Shown here: positions 63,926 through 64,000 of the stretch, piece by piece
Layout: each line of letters starts with the position of its first letter
Position numbering within the stretch: the first letter of the stretch is position 1
IMG/VR virus record: IMGVR_UViG_3300032270_000543
Location: 32,001-96,000 of that record
Reading direction: 5' to 3' (one strand)
Source: a virus
Lineage: Duplodnaviria > Caudoviricetes
Length of the DNA: 64,000 bases
Program-made: the position numbers and the translations under genes
The notes under the pieces: generated by a model
Database searches by the model: none
What the model was told of the DNA's origin: nothing
The model's input: the letters and a program-made list of their open reading frames with translations, nothing else

Positions 63926-64000
63926 CTGACGGTCAACAGGTAGCGAAGTTCCCGCAACGCATGAGTAGCGTAATCCAGTTCGCACTGTCTACAGACTACT

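Noticed and set aside
1-64000. Stop-codon reassignment or a suppressor tRNA
   Set aside because: Core genes are intact in the standard code, and no tRNA has a CUA, UUA or UCA anticodon. The 58113-58183 loop centres on TAT, not TTA, given the ACCTG/CAGGT stem.

Overview
This 64 kb window is part of a T4-like myovirus genome. Positions 1-44.8 kb hold the virion morphogenesis module in T4/cyanomyovirus-like order. On the minus strand are gp20 (truncated at the edge), gp19, gp18, gp17, gp16, gp15, gp14, gp13, four fibre/spike genes, a large structural gene, gp8, gp7, gp6, gp25, a holin-like gene, PAAR, gp5, a hub gene, gp53 and gp48. On the plus strand are gp4, gp2, a gp54/19-like gene, gp26, gp51 and a tape-measure-like gene, followed by gp32 and gp33 on the minus strand. 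Positions 44.8-48.9 kb carry two more probable structural genes. Positions 49-64 kb are an accessory/early region of small ORFs, 8 tRNAs (including an unusual Ile-UAU), a tRNA-like RNA, an unclassified ~210-nt structured RNA, a TraR/DksA-type zinc finger, a deaminase-like protein and two PEP-CTERM-like proteins. The VPAPGA-type sorting signal suggests a planctomycete (Phycisphaerae-like) host, which is inference. The most notable findings are: (1) a rearranged tmRNA gene whose segments lie in the order acceptor piece / middle piece / coding piece, with the middle 'intervening' piece pairing extensively with the coding piece, making it a candidate three-piece tmRNA; (2) a probable -1 programmed frameshift joining gp26 to gp51 just upstream of the tape measure gene, like lambda G/GT; (3) an early-promoter family with a 16-nt spacer and a fixed-distance upstream AAAWCAAATA box; (4) a run of mini-genes sharing junction sequences. 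All assignments come from reading motifs and synteny by eye; no database searches were run.
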